This document shows, piece after piece, positions 1-10,490 of a stretch of DNA of 64,000 bases (the stretch's first letter is position 1; the number at the start of each line of letters is the position of its first letter). The DNA comes from Candidatus Bathyarchaeota archaeon (GTDB lineage: Archaea > Thermoproteota > Bathyarchaeia > Bathyarchaeales > Bathycorpusculaceae). Under the pieces are notes generated by a model. That model had not been told where the DNA came from. It saw only the letters and a program-made list of their open reading frames with translations, and searched no databases. The position numbers were made by a program, and so were the translations under genes. The stretch covers positions 224,001 through 288,000 of the forward strand of contig CAWDYC010000004.1 in NCBI GenBank assembly GCA_963806535.1. Reading direction: 5' to 3'.

Positions 1-515
1 GATGACAACTGTCAAGGCTATGGAGATAGCAATCATTTCCAAAGGACTCAGCAATCTTGAAAAATTAGCTTCAACCCAAGCCGCCCAGAAACGCTCCTGC
101 AATTGTAATCGTAATTTTACCTAGAAAATATGATGAGAAAAACTTTGCTGGACTATATTTCATCAGGCCCAAGAGGTATAACGACGGGTTCATCAGGAAT
201 AGGCGTGGCAGCAGCTAAATAAAGCAGCAGAAAAGCCCAACGTCTAATCTTTCCTGCTTCAACATCAAGTCGTGCATGGTTTTTTTCGCTGAGGTGTCCA
301 CTTACAAAGAAAGTTATCATGTAGTGGATGCCTTTGGCTAAGGCTGCGGCAAGGGCGATAAGAAAAGCTATTGTGAGTAGTGCGGTTGCGTCTGCGTTTA
401 CCATGCCGATGGCTGCGGTGGATGCGATTAGGAGGTTTGAGGGACCAAAGAAGGGTATCAGGTTTAATCCAAAAGCAACCAGAAAAGTAATAATGAATTC
501 GATGGTAAATAGCAT
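1..515 (-). CDS. DedA/VTT-like membrane protein (frameshifted, runs off window start)
   Basis: Hydrophobic ORF with LNLIPFFGPS and ATPIPDEPVVIPLG motifs; frame shifts near 160 and a hydrophobic frame continues to the window edge. Confidence 0.55.
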
Positions 516-825
516 GTACCCTTACCCGTTTTCTCCAGAAAATAATCGATAACCCCACTTATAAGTACAAACAGCCCAAAACCCACGAGTTTCTGACCTG
601 AGCGCTGTAGCCTATTTAGGTCATGTAGTGAACAATGAGGCAGGCTGTAAGAAATAAAAAAGCGACCGAACCGTTCCTAACATAACTGCCCAAAACTAAT
701 TTATGGGCAAACCGCTTGCAGCAAGAGAGTTAACTTAACCTAACCAAGGCTAATAGATTCCCAGATAGGTTTAAATGTGGAGAGTTCGGAGTATAGAAGA
801 GATAAAGATACATGAGGATTCCAAT

Positions 826-1053
826 ATGAGCGAAATGACAACCGAAATCCTTGAACAAAACCTCAGCAAAGTCGTACTTGTACGGCTTAAAGGAGGAAAA
901 AGCCTTCGGGGAAGACTGAAGGGTTTCGACCAACACTTAAACTTGGTTTTAGAAGAAACAGAAGACACAACAATGGTTGAAAACCAAAAGAAACTGGGAC
1001 TAATCATCGTTCGAGGAGACAACGTAGTCCTTATATCGCCTCCGCCTAGGTGA
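826..1053 (+). CDS. Sm-like archaeal protein (LSm/SmAP1)
   Basis: Sm1/Sm2 motifs VLVRLKGG..LRGRLKGFDQHLNLVLEE and IIVRGDNVVLISP; ATG at 826; directly upstream of rpl37e as is usual in archaea. Confidence 0.95.
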   Translation: MSEMTTEILEQNLSKVVLVRLKGGKSLRGRLKGFDQHLNLVLEETEDTTMVENQKKLGLIIVRGDNVVLISPPPR

Positions 1054-1058
1054 GTGCC

Positions 1059-1247
1059 ATGGGAAAAGGTACTCCATCAATGGGCAAGCGCCAAGGCAAA
1101 ACTGTCCATATTAAATGCAGGCGCTGCGGAAGACGAGCATACCATGTACGCCACAAGCGTTGTGGAGCATGCGGTTATGGCGAAACCACAACCATGCGAC
1201 ATTATACTTGGATGCGTAAGACTCTTCAAAGAGTACGCGTCGTCTAA
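1059..1247 (+). CDS. rpl37e: 50S ribosomal protein L37e
   Basis: MGKGTPSMGKR..HIKCRRCGRRAYH..CGACGYG zinc-ribbon signature. Confidence 0.96.
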   Translation: MGKGTPSMGKRQGKTVHIKCRRCGRRAYHVRHKRCGACGYGETTTMRHYTWMRKTLQRVRVV

Positions 1248-1376
1248 AAACCATTTTTAACAAACACAATATCTAAACAATAATTTTCATCTTTTAACAT
1301 AGAAACTAGTAATCTTGAACCTATTTTTTAAGCTATAATAATTAATTATTTAAAAGAAAAAGAAGAATTGATTTTT

Positions 1377-2004
1377 CTATTGGCTTGGCGTATTGTAATA
1401 GCCCTTGTCAATCTTTACAAAGATTAACGGACCTTTACTTTGAGCCATCTCACGAGCCTTCCGCAACGCCTCATTGACCACAATGAAAACTCTTTCTCTG
1501 TCGCTAAGGTCTTGAACGCGTTTTTCTCCAAGCTCCATCTTTAAGAGATTTTCAGACAGAATTTCTGTGCCGCAAATTTCGCCGTTCTTAACCAGCGTCG
1601 TAATTACGATTTCCTGAAGCTCTTGTTTATGCTCTAATTCGCTTCCATATTGGTTCAGCGTTGCTGATGGTTTTTGAAATTTTATTCCATCTGCTAGCGT
1701 TTTGGTCACCTATAAGCAGCTTAACTCGTTCTTTCCATTTCTTAAACCAGATGCCAATCCAAATGGTCAAAAATGCTTCTAATTCCAATGAATCTTCTTT
1801 GAAAAGATTTTCAAGTTTTTCAACAAGTTCGCATTGGTTTGCTTCTTTTCCCATTAAATTCCAGTGGAATTTAAGGTAATTAGTGAAATCTTGACAGGCA
1901 ACCTGCAAAACTTTGCGGTCTGACCCCATAATATCAAGGGCAGGATCCGCTTCTTTCAATTTCTCCCCTATCATTAATTCTACAAAGTTCATACTGATTC
2001 CCAC
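1377..2004 (-). CDS. Hypothetical protein (one frameshift near 1640)
   Basis: Two overlapping same-strand ORFs (1627-2004, 1377-1709) with host-like codon usage that appear to form one gene. Confidence 0.55.
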
Positions 2005-2127
2005 TCCGAAGCCTTCTCCAATATTGATTAAAGATCAAGCTTTTAATTAAACTTTGTTTCTAAGGAAACATATAACTCCCTAAGAAGTTTCCAGCAATAT
2101 TTCGAATCCTGATACATACAAAAAAGC

Positions 2128-2784
2128 TTATTTGATGTATTCTGGAAGTTCAGTAACATCTTTCAAAATTAAATCTGGGCATTCTTTCACAAGTTCTTTG
2201 CATTTATACAAGCCCAGACAAAACCGCAACGGTTGCTGCTCCAGCAGCTTTTCCAGCCCGCACATCATTAACGGAGTCACCTGCAATGATGCAACTGCAC
2301 ATCTCAACATCTAAAGCTTCAACACATTTTATTAACGCTTCAGGAGAAGGCTTTGGCTTAGAAGTATCCATCGCTGTTACAACATGAGTGAAATATTTTG
2401 ATATGCCAAAGCACTCTAGCTCTTTTATGATGGCTTCTGATGGAGCATGCCGCATGGTTATCAGGGCAAGTTTAGCTTTCTGCGATAGCGTTTCAAGTGT
2501 TTTTGAGACGTTAGGTATAAGTTTGGTTTTTTCTTGGCTGATTGAATAAAATGTTTGATAGTATATTTTTAGAAATTTTTTGGAGTCGCCGTTAATGATG
2601 TCGTTATTGTTAGTCCTTGCTCAAGTCTTTTGGGAATTTCCAAGGCAACTTTATTTTCTGGGGGTTTTTGCCCGACGGTTTGAAATGCTATTTTGGCGGC
2701 TTCTATGTAGGCTGCTTTGGAGTCAACTATTGTGCCGTCTAAATCCAAGAAAATGCCTTTTACTTTTAATCCGTTTACGTTCAT
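2128..2784 (-). CDS. HAD-family hydrolase (phosphoglycolate phosphatase-like), frameshifted
   Basis: Motif I FLDLDGTIVDS, KPKPSPE and GDSVNDVRAGKAAG spread over three ORF pieces. Confidence 0.85.
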
Positions 2785-2949
2785 GAGATGTCTCTTGCCC
2801 TTGAGAGGTTATGTCTTGTTTCTTAAATGTTTCTTAAAGATTTGACGAATTAGCTTTAATGTAAATTTTCTATATAGATTATGAAGAGAATCTCTATAGG
2901 CGCCCATGGACAATTTCTATTTTGAATATGTGGAAGAGGTGAAAAAAGA

Positions 2950-3123
2950 ATGCTCTCACGAGATTGTGACGGCTGCTCCAAACTTAAAGAATGCAGTAAA
3001 CGCTACCAAAAAGCTATGAAAGGCGACAAAGTTTACTGCCCTGACGGAACTGCTCATCTGATTGACAGTTACAGCATAAATCCAAGCCCTGAAGTAATAT
3101 GTTTCTTTGAAGCGTTTCAATAA
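2950..3123 (+). CDS. Small Cys-rich protein (57 aa), not in the ORF track
   Basis: Hand translation MLSRDCDGCSKLKECSKRYQKAMKGDKVYCPDGTAHLID...; GAGGTGA Shine-Dalgarno-like sequence just upstream. Confidence 0.6.
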   Translation: MLSRDCDGCSKLKECSKRYQKAMKGDKVYCPDGTAHLIDSYSINPSPEVICFFEAFQ

Positions 3124-3256
3124 TTTAAAATGCTTAACTGAACTTCTTAGACATGGAAACTGCCAATAAAATAAATCGCATTTTTTCTATTTTAACCTCA
3201 TAAAACAGAGTTAATTATTTTATCGAAGATTCAGGTCTCCGAGGATAAAGAAAAAA

Positions 3257-4342
3257 CTAAGTGAGAACTGAATCAACGTTTAAGTTAAGCACAACTTCGG
3301 AAATGTCACTTGCGTATTCAGCTGTTCGCCTTACACTTTCAATCACTAGCCTCAAGTTAACAACCTCTTCTATTTTGACATTTTGCAAGCAAATGACTGT
3401 TTCTTTCTCCAATTTATGAACTTGGCTAAGCTTTTCAATGACGCTTTCTGCCAAATTAAAATCATGTCTAAATAATGCATCCATTGAGCTCTCAAACATT
3501 GAATTAGCCAATCCACTTAACTGTTCTAATTTCTGCAAAACGTCTTCACTTACTTGCTCTTTTAGTAGCAGAGTGTTTTCAGCGATTTTGGTTGCATGGT
3601 CTGCAGTTCTTTCAACCGCTTTCCCAATAAGCCTATATCCTAAACAGTCTTTTTGGCTGTTTAATCCGATTTCTTTTACAATTCTTGGATTTGAAACTGC
3701 CAACTTCAAGAGCCGTACAATGTACAGACCAAATCGGTTAACTTCACGGTCTGTTTCAATGACTGATTTTGCAGTGGAATAATCCAGTTTCTTTAGCGCA
3801 GTTATGGCTTCTTTATGCATGGATGAAGCGATTATAGACATTCGGCTTAGAGCATTTTGAACTGTGAGTTCAGGATAATTAAGTAAAACCTGCAGGGTCA
3901 AATCGGTGGGGGTGTCAATTACAATTTCTGTTCCAACTAAATAGTGCCTGGCGAAGTTTTTGAGGTGATTTCGAAGTTTTGAAGAGAGCACTTTTTGTCC
4001 TTGTGCTCTAATATGCAAAATGTTGTATCCGTCTAAATAGGCGGAGATTGCAGTTCTCATGACGGCGTCCGGGTTGTCATTTATTGATGCTTTGATGTAG
4101 GCTTCGTCTTGTTTTTCTTTTTTTGGAAAACTTGAAGGTGCTATTGAGAGTGAGCCATCGTCTTCTTCGCGGACTAGCATTGAGCTTCCTCTTTTGAGCT
4201 CGTTTCGGATTGCCCAATCTTTAGGCAGTGATAGTATGAATGTTGATCCGCCTGTTACCTGAAGTTTGCGTTGTTCCTCGTTTACTTTTTCGGCTTCCTT
4301 GGTCACATTTGTCTCCAAGTTAGTTTTTCTATGTGTTCTCAT
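3257..4342 (-). CDS. Phosphate uptake regulator, AbrB-like N-domain plus tandem PhoU domains
   Basis: RKLQVTGGSTFILSLPKDW N-terminus; two PhoU repeats (ERTADHA, RRTAEYA); divergent from pstS. Confidence 0.92.
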   Translation of the reverse strand: MRTHRKTNLETNVTKEAEKVNEEQRKLQVTGGSTFILSLPKDWAIRNELKRGSSMLVREEDDGSLSIAPSSFPKKEKQDEAYIKASINDNPDAVMRTAISAYLDGYNILHIRAQGQKVLSSKLRNHLKNFARHYLVGTEIVIDTPTDLTLQVLLNYPELTVQNALSRMSIIASSMHKEAITALKKLDYSTAKSVIETDREVNRFGLYIVRLLKLAVSNPRIVKEIGLNSQKDCLGYRLIGKAVERTADHATKIAENTLLLKEQVSEDVLQKLEQLSGLANSMFESSMDALFRHDFNLAESVIEKLSQVHKLEKETVICLQNVKIEEVVNLRLVIESVRRTAEYASDISEVVLNLNVDSVLT

Positions 4343-4729
4343 TATATTAGTTATATCTATATAGACTATAAATTTTATTGAGATTTTCTATATAAAAAAC
4401 ATGGGAAAATGATAAAAACTCAAAACTAAGTGAAAATATGAAAACTAAATATTTGAAGAGGCACATTTGTTCTTTTTAAAATTCCTGATGTCCTTATCAA
4501 CAAATTAACTATGCATTTTTCCCTTATTCCTAAATTTTTTGCTTTAGTATTTGTTCCTTTTGGGCACTTTAATGCTTGAAAATATATTTTTTCGTCGCCT
4601 CTAATCTTTTGCGCACCACGCAATGTGAGACTATACATGTATTTTCCATTTTATATATAGTATATAGTGTTTATAGAGAGTACCCTCATATAACAAAACA
4701 CTAAATAGCCTTTGTTGGAAGGAAAAAAA

Positions 4730-6043
4730 ATGAAAAGTACATATATAATTATTGCAGCAATCGTCGTAATCGTTATCATCATTGGCGGCGTCTTTGCTTA
4801 TCAGTCGTTATCATCTTCTCCAACTCCATCTCCCACTCCTACTCCAACAACTTCAACTCCAACAGCAACTCCTACATCTTCACCTACTTCGTCCCCAACC
4901 TCTTCTCCAACATCACATCCAACTTCAACCCCAACAGCTACTCCAACTGCAACGCCCTCCCCAACTCCAACGCCAACATTATCGCCAGCAACCCTTAACG
5001 GCGCAGGAGGCACACTTGTCGCCCCACTAATGTCGGTTTGGCAACCAGCCTATCAACAAGTCATGCACCAAATAACAGTTAACTACAACCCAGTCGGAAG
5101 CGGAGCCGGAATTACTCAATTCACCCAACAAGTAGTCGATTTCGGTGAATCCGATGCACCAATGACTGCAGCACAATATACAGGTCTTCCATCAGGGACA
5201 ACCGCTCTAACTATACCAATATCTGCCAGCGCAGTCGTACCAGCGTATAACTTAAAACTTGTTAACGGTTCAGCTTGTCAGAATGGCCTCAATTTCACAG
5301 GAACAGTTTTAGCAAACATTTTCTTAGGAACTATAACTACATGGAACGACCCAGCTATCCAAGCACTACAAAGCCCATCAGTAGCCGCTCAACTGCCAAG
5401 TACAGCAATAACCACTGTTCACCGATCTGACGGAAGCGGAACCATGTTTGCCTTCGTTGATTTCTTAGGCAAATCAAGTAGCACATGGCTATCACAGGTT
5501 GGAGCACCAAGTACAGCTCCAAGTTGGCCATCAGCTCCAGCCCAAATAGCAGCTCCCAAAAATGCAGGTGTAGCAGCTGCCATATCCCAAAAGGATGGCG
5601 CAATTGGTCCACTTGAAATTGCCTACATACTTGAAAACACAGGTCAAACCTCGGTATTTTATGGCACAGTTCAAAATTCGGCAGGCACATTTATCTTAGC
5701 TAATGTTACAAACATTGCAGCTGCGCTTCAAGCAGGAGCTTCTTCTGGTCTTCCAGCTGGAAATGCTTCATGGACAAGTGTCTCTATAGTCGACAATATA
5801 TATGGCAATACAACAGCTTCTACCGTCTATCCAATAGTAACGATGACTTATGCTTTGGTGTATCAAGCACAAACTAGTTTAACTCAAGGTGCAGCTCTCG
5901 TCAACTTCATGTCATGGATCGTAAACTCAGGCCAAAACTTAGGAACAGGATTAGGCTACGTCCCATTGCCAGCTAACATAGTCGCTGTTGACAACGCAAC
6001 ACTCAAATTAGTCACATACAACGGAACGCCAATACTACAATAG
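4730..6043 (+). CDS. pstS: Phosphate ABC transporter substrate-binding protein with N-terminal TM anchor and Thr/Pro/Ser stalk
   Basis: GAGGT, YNPVGSGAG, DFGESDAP and VHRSDGSGT motifs. Confidence 0.95.
   Translation: MKSTYIIIAAIVVIVIIIGGVFAYQSLSSSPTPSPTPTPTTSTPTATPTSSPTSSPTSSPTSHPTSTPTATPTATPSPTPTPTLSPATLNGAGGTLVAPLMSVWQPAYQQVMHQITVNYNPVGSGAGITQFTQQVVDFGESDAPMTAAQYTGLPSGTTALTIPISASAVVPAYNLKLVNGSACQNGLNFTGTVLANIFLGTITTWNDPAIQALQSPSVAAQLPSTAITTVHRSDGSGTMFAFVDFLGKSSSTWLSQVGAPSTAPSWPSAPAQIAAPKNAGVAAAISQKDGAIGPLEIAYILENTGQTSVFYGTVQNSAGTFILANVTNIAAALQAGASSGLPAGNASWTSVSIVDNIYGNTTASTVYPIVTMTYALVYQAQTSLTQGAALVNFMSWIVNSGQNLGTGLGYVPLPANIVAVDNATLKLVTYNGTPILQ
4815..4990 (+). repeat. Low-complexity (TP/SPTS)n linker in pstS
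   Basis: SPTPSPTPTPTTSTPTATPTSSPTSSPTSSPT... coding repeat. Confidence 0.8.
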
Positions 6044-6106
6044 GACTTAATAGGGTATTATTCCCTTATTTTTTTGTATTAATCAAAATATTGAGGCACT
6101 ATAAAG

Positions 6107-7037
6107 TTGCGATTCAGACTGCCAAGAGGAGACACAATACTAAAGATCGTTCTTGTTGCAGCCGCTCTATTCATTATAGGTACTTGTTATAGGTCTTGCA
6201 GTTGAACTTTATCTTGGCTCTGCTCAATCGATTGGTAGATTTGGATTTAGTTTTTTGTCTGGATCAAAATGGCAACCCACTCAGAATATTCTTAGCGCTT
6301 TGCCTTTTATTTATGGAACATTGTTAACATCGGCAATTGCTATTGTCATAGGATTCCCGATTAGTCTGGGAGTAGCAGTCTTTATCTCTGAGAAACTTAA
6401 AAGTCATCAGACTTTTGGTTATACATTAGGCACAGTTGTTGACCTTTTAGCTGCAGTGCCAAGTGTTATTTACGGTTTATGGGGAGTGTTTGTTCTAATC
6501 CCTCTTTTGCGTGATTACGTGGAAACGCCTCTGCATAAATCTCTTGGGTTTATTCCCTTATTTTCTGGGAGTCCTTTTGGATACGATTTTTTTACTGCTG
6601 GCGTTCTTTTGGCTATAATGATTATTCCAACAATGTCAGCAGTTACAAGAGATGTGTTGAGTGTGGTCCCGAATAGTCAGCGAGAAGCAATGTACTCGCT
6701 TGGCGCTACGGATTGGGAAGTTACTCAAAAAAGCGTCTTGCCCTACGCTCGGTCAGGAATATTTGGCGCCTTTGTTTTGGGGCTAGGACGTGCTTTCGGT
6801 GAAACAATGGCAGTAACCATGGTAATTGGCAACATTCCCAATATTAGCACCAATTTGTTTTCGGCAGGTGCCACTTTGTCTTCGCTAATAGCAAACTCAT
6901 TCGGCGAATCTTCAGGACTTTATCAATCAGCCGTAATCGAAATAGGATTAATCCTGTTTTTTGTTGCTTTGTTAGTTAACTTTCTTGCCCGATTTATGCT
7001 TTGGAGGATGACTCGTGGAACACGAGTTAAGAATTGA
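6107..7037 (+). CDS. pstC: Phosphate ABC permease PstC (frameshift near 6190)
   Basis: LAAVPSVIYGLWG, REAMYSLGAT and GRAFGETMAV motifs; N-terminal TM segment in another frame from TTG 6107. Confidence 0.92.
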
Positions 7038-7049
7038 GGGAATGAAGCA

Positions 7050-7925
7050 ATGAAAGAATTTACTATGCCTGCGGGCATTTCAATCTGGCGAAAAATACTT
7101 AACAAGTTAATGACAATATTAGTAATAGCGGCTGTAGTTCTAGCCGTAATTCCTCTTTTACTAATACTTGGCGACGTTTTCATACGAGGGGCACCAGCCA
7201 TAAGCATCGGCTTTCTAACCAAATTACCTACAGCGCCAAATGTTACAGGCGGAGGAATAGCTAATGCAATAGTTGGATCTTTTACCATGGTAGGAATTGC
7301 CTCCCTTATCGCTGTTCCAATCGGCATTGGAGCAGGCATTTATTTTTCAGAATGGTCTTCGTCTAAGCTTTCCACAATTTCAGGCTTTATGAATGATGTA
7401 CTTACAGGTTTTCCATCAATTGTTTTGGGACTATTTGTTTTCGTAGTAATAGTTTTAAGCACGAAGCAGTTTTCTGCTTTTGCCGCTGGTGTAGCCCTTA
7501 GTTTTGTGATGCTCCCAATCATCGCAAGAACGACAAGTGAATCTCTAAAGCTTGTTCCTAATACCTTAAGAGAAGCATCGATGGCTCTAGGAATTCCCCG
7601 ATGGAAAACAGTGATTAGAATAGTTATCGGTACAGGGAAAAATGGTCTATTAACAGGTATTTTGTTGGCTGTGGCAAGAGCAATGGGAGAAACAGCTCCC
7701 ATACTACTTACGGCATCTACAAGCATTTACTTTGCAAAAAGCATTTTTCAGCCAACAGCTTCATTAACAGTCCTAATCTATAATTACGCTACTTCTGCTT
7801 CTAGAATTTGGCAAACTCAGGCATGGGGAGCGGCTTTAGTCCTTATTCTTTTTATGCTTGGGTTGAATCTTCTGGTGAAGTTTACCGTGGGTAGAAATCT
7901 AACAGGATCAAGGTTGGAGACGTAG
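7050..7925 (+). CDS. pstA: Phosphate ABC permease PstA
   Basis: PSIVLGLF, LREASMALG and ARAMGETAP motifs. Confidence 0.95.
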   Translation: MKEFTMPAGISIWRKILNKLMTILVIAAVVLAVIPLLLILGDVFIRGAPAISIGFLTKLPTAPNVTGGGIANAIVGSFTMVGIASLIAVPIGIGAGIYFSEWSSSKLSTISGFMNDVLTGFPSIVLGLFVFVVIVLSTKQFSAFAAGVALSFVMLPIIARTTSESLKLVPNTLREASMALGIPRWKTVIRIVIGTGKNGLLTGILLAVARAMGETAPILLTASTSIYFAKSIFQPTASLTVLIYNYATSASRIWQTQAWGAALVLILFMLGLNLLVKFTVGRNLTGSRLET

Positions 7926-7984
7926 AGGAATGATAAGAAACTCAAAAGAATTAATACAAAAACATGTTAGGGTGAGCAATAATA

Positions 7985-8770
7985 ATGAGTGACAACAAAA
8001 ACTCGGATTTATCAGGGGTTAAGTTAGCAACAAAAGATTTGAAAGCCAAATTTGGAAAACTACAGGTTCTAAAGGGTATCAACCTAACCTTCCCTGAAAA
8101 TAAAGTAACAGCCATTATGGGACCTTCGGGATGTGGAAAAACCACTTTGATAAGATGCCTCAACCGAATTCATGAATTAACTCCAGGCGCAAAAGTTGAA
8201 GGAGAAGTAATTTTGGACGGAGTAAACATATACTCTTCACAAGTTGATCCTGTCGCAATCCGCAGAAGAATAGGCATGGTCTTCCAGAAAGCGAATCCTT
8301 TCCCCACGATGTCAATCTTTGACAACGCGGTAGCGGGCTTGAAACTTGCAGGTGTGAGAAATAAGGAACTTCTAGATCGCATGGCAGAAAAGAGTCTTCG
8401 AATGGCTTTCCTGTGGGATGAAGTAAAAGATGATCTGAAAAAATCAGGCACAAACTTGTCCGGGGGACAACAACAGAGACTTTGCATTGCACGTGCTCTT
8501 GCTGTTGAACCAGAAATTATCTTAATGGATGAACCTTGCTCAGCTCTTGACCCTATTGCTACAGCCAAAATCGAAGAGTCTATTGCAGCGCTTAAGAAGG
8601 ATTTCACAATTGTCATTGTCACTCATAATTTGCAGCAGGCTGCGCGTGTTTCTGACTACACAGCTTTCATGTATTTAGGTCAACTCATCGAGTTCGGGCC
8701 AACAAAAGAGATTTTTGAGCGTCCTAATAACCCGTTAACAGAGAAATATATAACTGGAGAATTCGGATAA
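7985..8770 (+). CDS. pstB: Phosphate ABC ATPase PstB
   Basis: [34 protein letters not shown] and YITGEFG. Confidence 0.97.
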   Translation: MSDNKNSDLSGVKLATKDLKAKFGKLQVLKGINLTFPENKVTAIMGPSGCGKTTLIRCLNRIHELTPGAKVEGEVILDGVNIYSSQVDPVAIRRRIGMVFQKANPFPTMSIFDNAVAGLKLAGVRNKELLDRMAEKSLRMAFLWDEVKDDLKKSGTNLSGGQQQRLCIARALAVEPEIILMDEPCSALDPIATAKIEESIAALKKDFTIVIVTHNLQQAARVSDYTAFMYLGQLIEFGPTKEIFERPNNPLTEKYITGEFG

Positions 8771-8777
8771 TAGATGG

Positions 8778-9428
8778 ATGGCTATGAGCAGAATAATTGA
8801 CCCTGGGTTAGAAGAACAATCAGTACTAATCACTAGAATGGGCGAATTAACCTATGAAACGTTAGCTCTGTCTATTCAAGGATACCTTAAAGGAAAAAGC
8901 GTTCAAGAAGAAGTTCGGGAAATGTCAGATATGCTGATTGCAATGGCTGATAAGATTGAAGACAAAAGCTTTGAATTAATCGCTCGGTTTCAACCAGTCG
9001 CTACTGATCTTAGAACAATAAAATCGTACATGAAAATTAGCAATGACTTTGCAAGGTTCGGTAGGTACGCACTTGACATATCATTCATAAATGACAAACT
9101 TCGAGGCTTAAACGAATGCGAAAACTGGTGCAAAGATGAAGTTTCAGAAATGAGCGAAAAAGTCCTCCAAACCGTCAGAATAAGCATTGACTCGCTTAGA
9201 AAACATGATTTAATACTGGCTAAATCTATCTCCCAAACCGAACGTGAGGTTGACAAGATGTATTTTGATTTTCTTCAACAGCTTATCACGTCAGAAGAAG
9301 ATAACAATAAATGCGTAATTTCCAGTGTATTGATGACTAGATATTTAGAGCGCATAGCGGATCACGCAACTTACATTTGCGAATCGATCGTGTACATTGT
9401 AACTGGTGAAAAAATAAGCCTTGGATAA
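8778..9428 (+). CDS. phoU: Phosphate signalling protein PhoU
   Basis: IARFQPVATDLR and RYLERIADHA; last gene of the pst operon. Confidence 0.93.
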   Translation: MAMSRIIDPGLEEQSVLITRMGELTYETLALSIQGYLKGKSVQEEVREMSDMLIAMADKIEDKSFELIARFQPVATDLRTIKSYMKISNDFARFGRYALDISFINDKLRGLNECENWCKDEVSEMSEKVLQTVRISIDSLRKHDLILAKSISQTEREVDKMYFDFLQQLITSEEDNNKCVISSVLMTRYLERIADHATYICESIVYIVTGEKISLG

Positions 9429-9790
9429 TATGACCCAAGGGTTGAATTGTTACCCGTCTTAGGTTTTTGTGCTAATGGTTTTCAACATGGGTGAACATGG
9501 TTTCATGATCGGGGTCTAGTCGCTCTTATTTTTGAAATATGAAGATCTTCCATGTGAATATATAGAGTATATTCAGATTTGGCCCATGAACGAGGGTCTA
9601 TTTGCCCTTATTTTTGAAAAGTGGAAACCTTTGACCCCCCTTTAAATAGAGCATATAAATGCTAACATAGCTCCATGAACCGGGGAGGGGCTAAGTCCTC
9701 TTTGTTCGGGGAAGTCAAATCTTTCTCCTTGTTTTTATACCCTGAATGGAGTAATGTTCAAAAGCAACTCTTCAACCTGAGATTAAGGTA

Positions 9791-10429
9791 ATGATACCTA
9801 TTCTGAATGTTAATTGGCAAAGCCTTCCAGCCGACTATTCCCTCAGCGAACGCGACGCTGACGTGTTGGCGCTAATCGAAAACGAAGACTTAGCCATATT
9901 CACATTCGACGGGTTAAAACGAAGAACCGGACTGCATTCCGAAACGCTCTCCCGCATCCTCAGCCGACTTGAGCAAGAGGGCATAGTGAAAAAAGAAGCT
10001 GAAGGATACCGCGTAACCCCAAAAATAACTGAATTAAAACTTCACCAACCACGCAAAGAAGAACAGTCAACACCGCTAATCCAAACTTTCCTACCATCAG
10101 ACCTAATGACCCAGCAACTTATTCTGTCGCTTAAAGGCAAATGGTTCGGTGTACTTCGCTGGCTGGGCATTTCAGAAAACAACCAAGGCATCACGTTGAA
10201 GTGGATTACCGAAGATGGCGGCATCCAAATAGCTGCAAACATTCAAGGAACAGCCCTAAACATAGAAGCTAAATTCTTAACAAACAACAACTTGAATTTG
10301 GCGTTGAAAGCTTCATATCAGCTTATGGCAAATATCGGCAAGCTCTGTCAAAGCTCACATGCAGCCAAGCATGCTTTAGCTCAGAACGTGGCTTACTATG
10401 GCAACTCACCTTTTATGATGCCTGCCTAA
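9791..10429 (+). CDS. Winged-helix DNA-binding protein
   Basis: FTFDGLKRRTGLHSETLSRILSRLEQEGIV wHTH pattern. Confidence 0.75.
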   Translation: MIPILNVNWQSLPADYSLSERDADVLALIENEDLAIFTFDGLKRRTGLHSETLSRILSRLEQEGIVKKEAEGYRVTPKITELKLHQPRKEEQSTPLIQTFLPSDLMTQQLILSLKGKWFGVLRWLGISENNQGITLKWITEDGGIQIAANIQGTALNIEAKFLTNNNLNLALKASYQLMANIGKLCQSSHAAKHALAQNVAYYGNSPFMMPA

Positions 10430-10490
10430 CTTTTTGTGACTAACTTTTGATGTTCCTTAGTCAACAAATACCATTTTGCCATAATATCTT

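Noticed and set aside
4815-4990. Thr/Pro stalk of PstS as a novelty
   Set aside because: Such linkers are common in membrane-anchored archaeal binding proteins
9504-9722. Possible CRISPR array
   Set aside because: Only three highly degenerate units, unequal periods and no cas genes in the window; kept as an unexplained repeat instead
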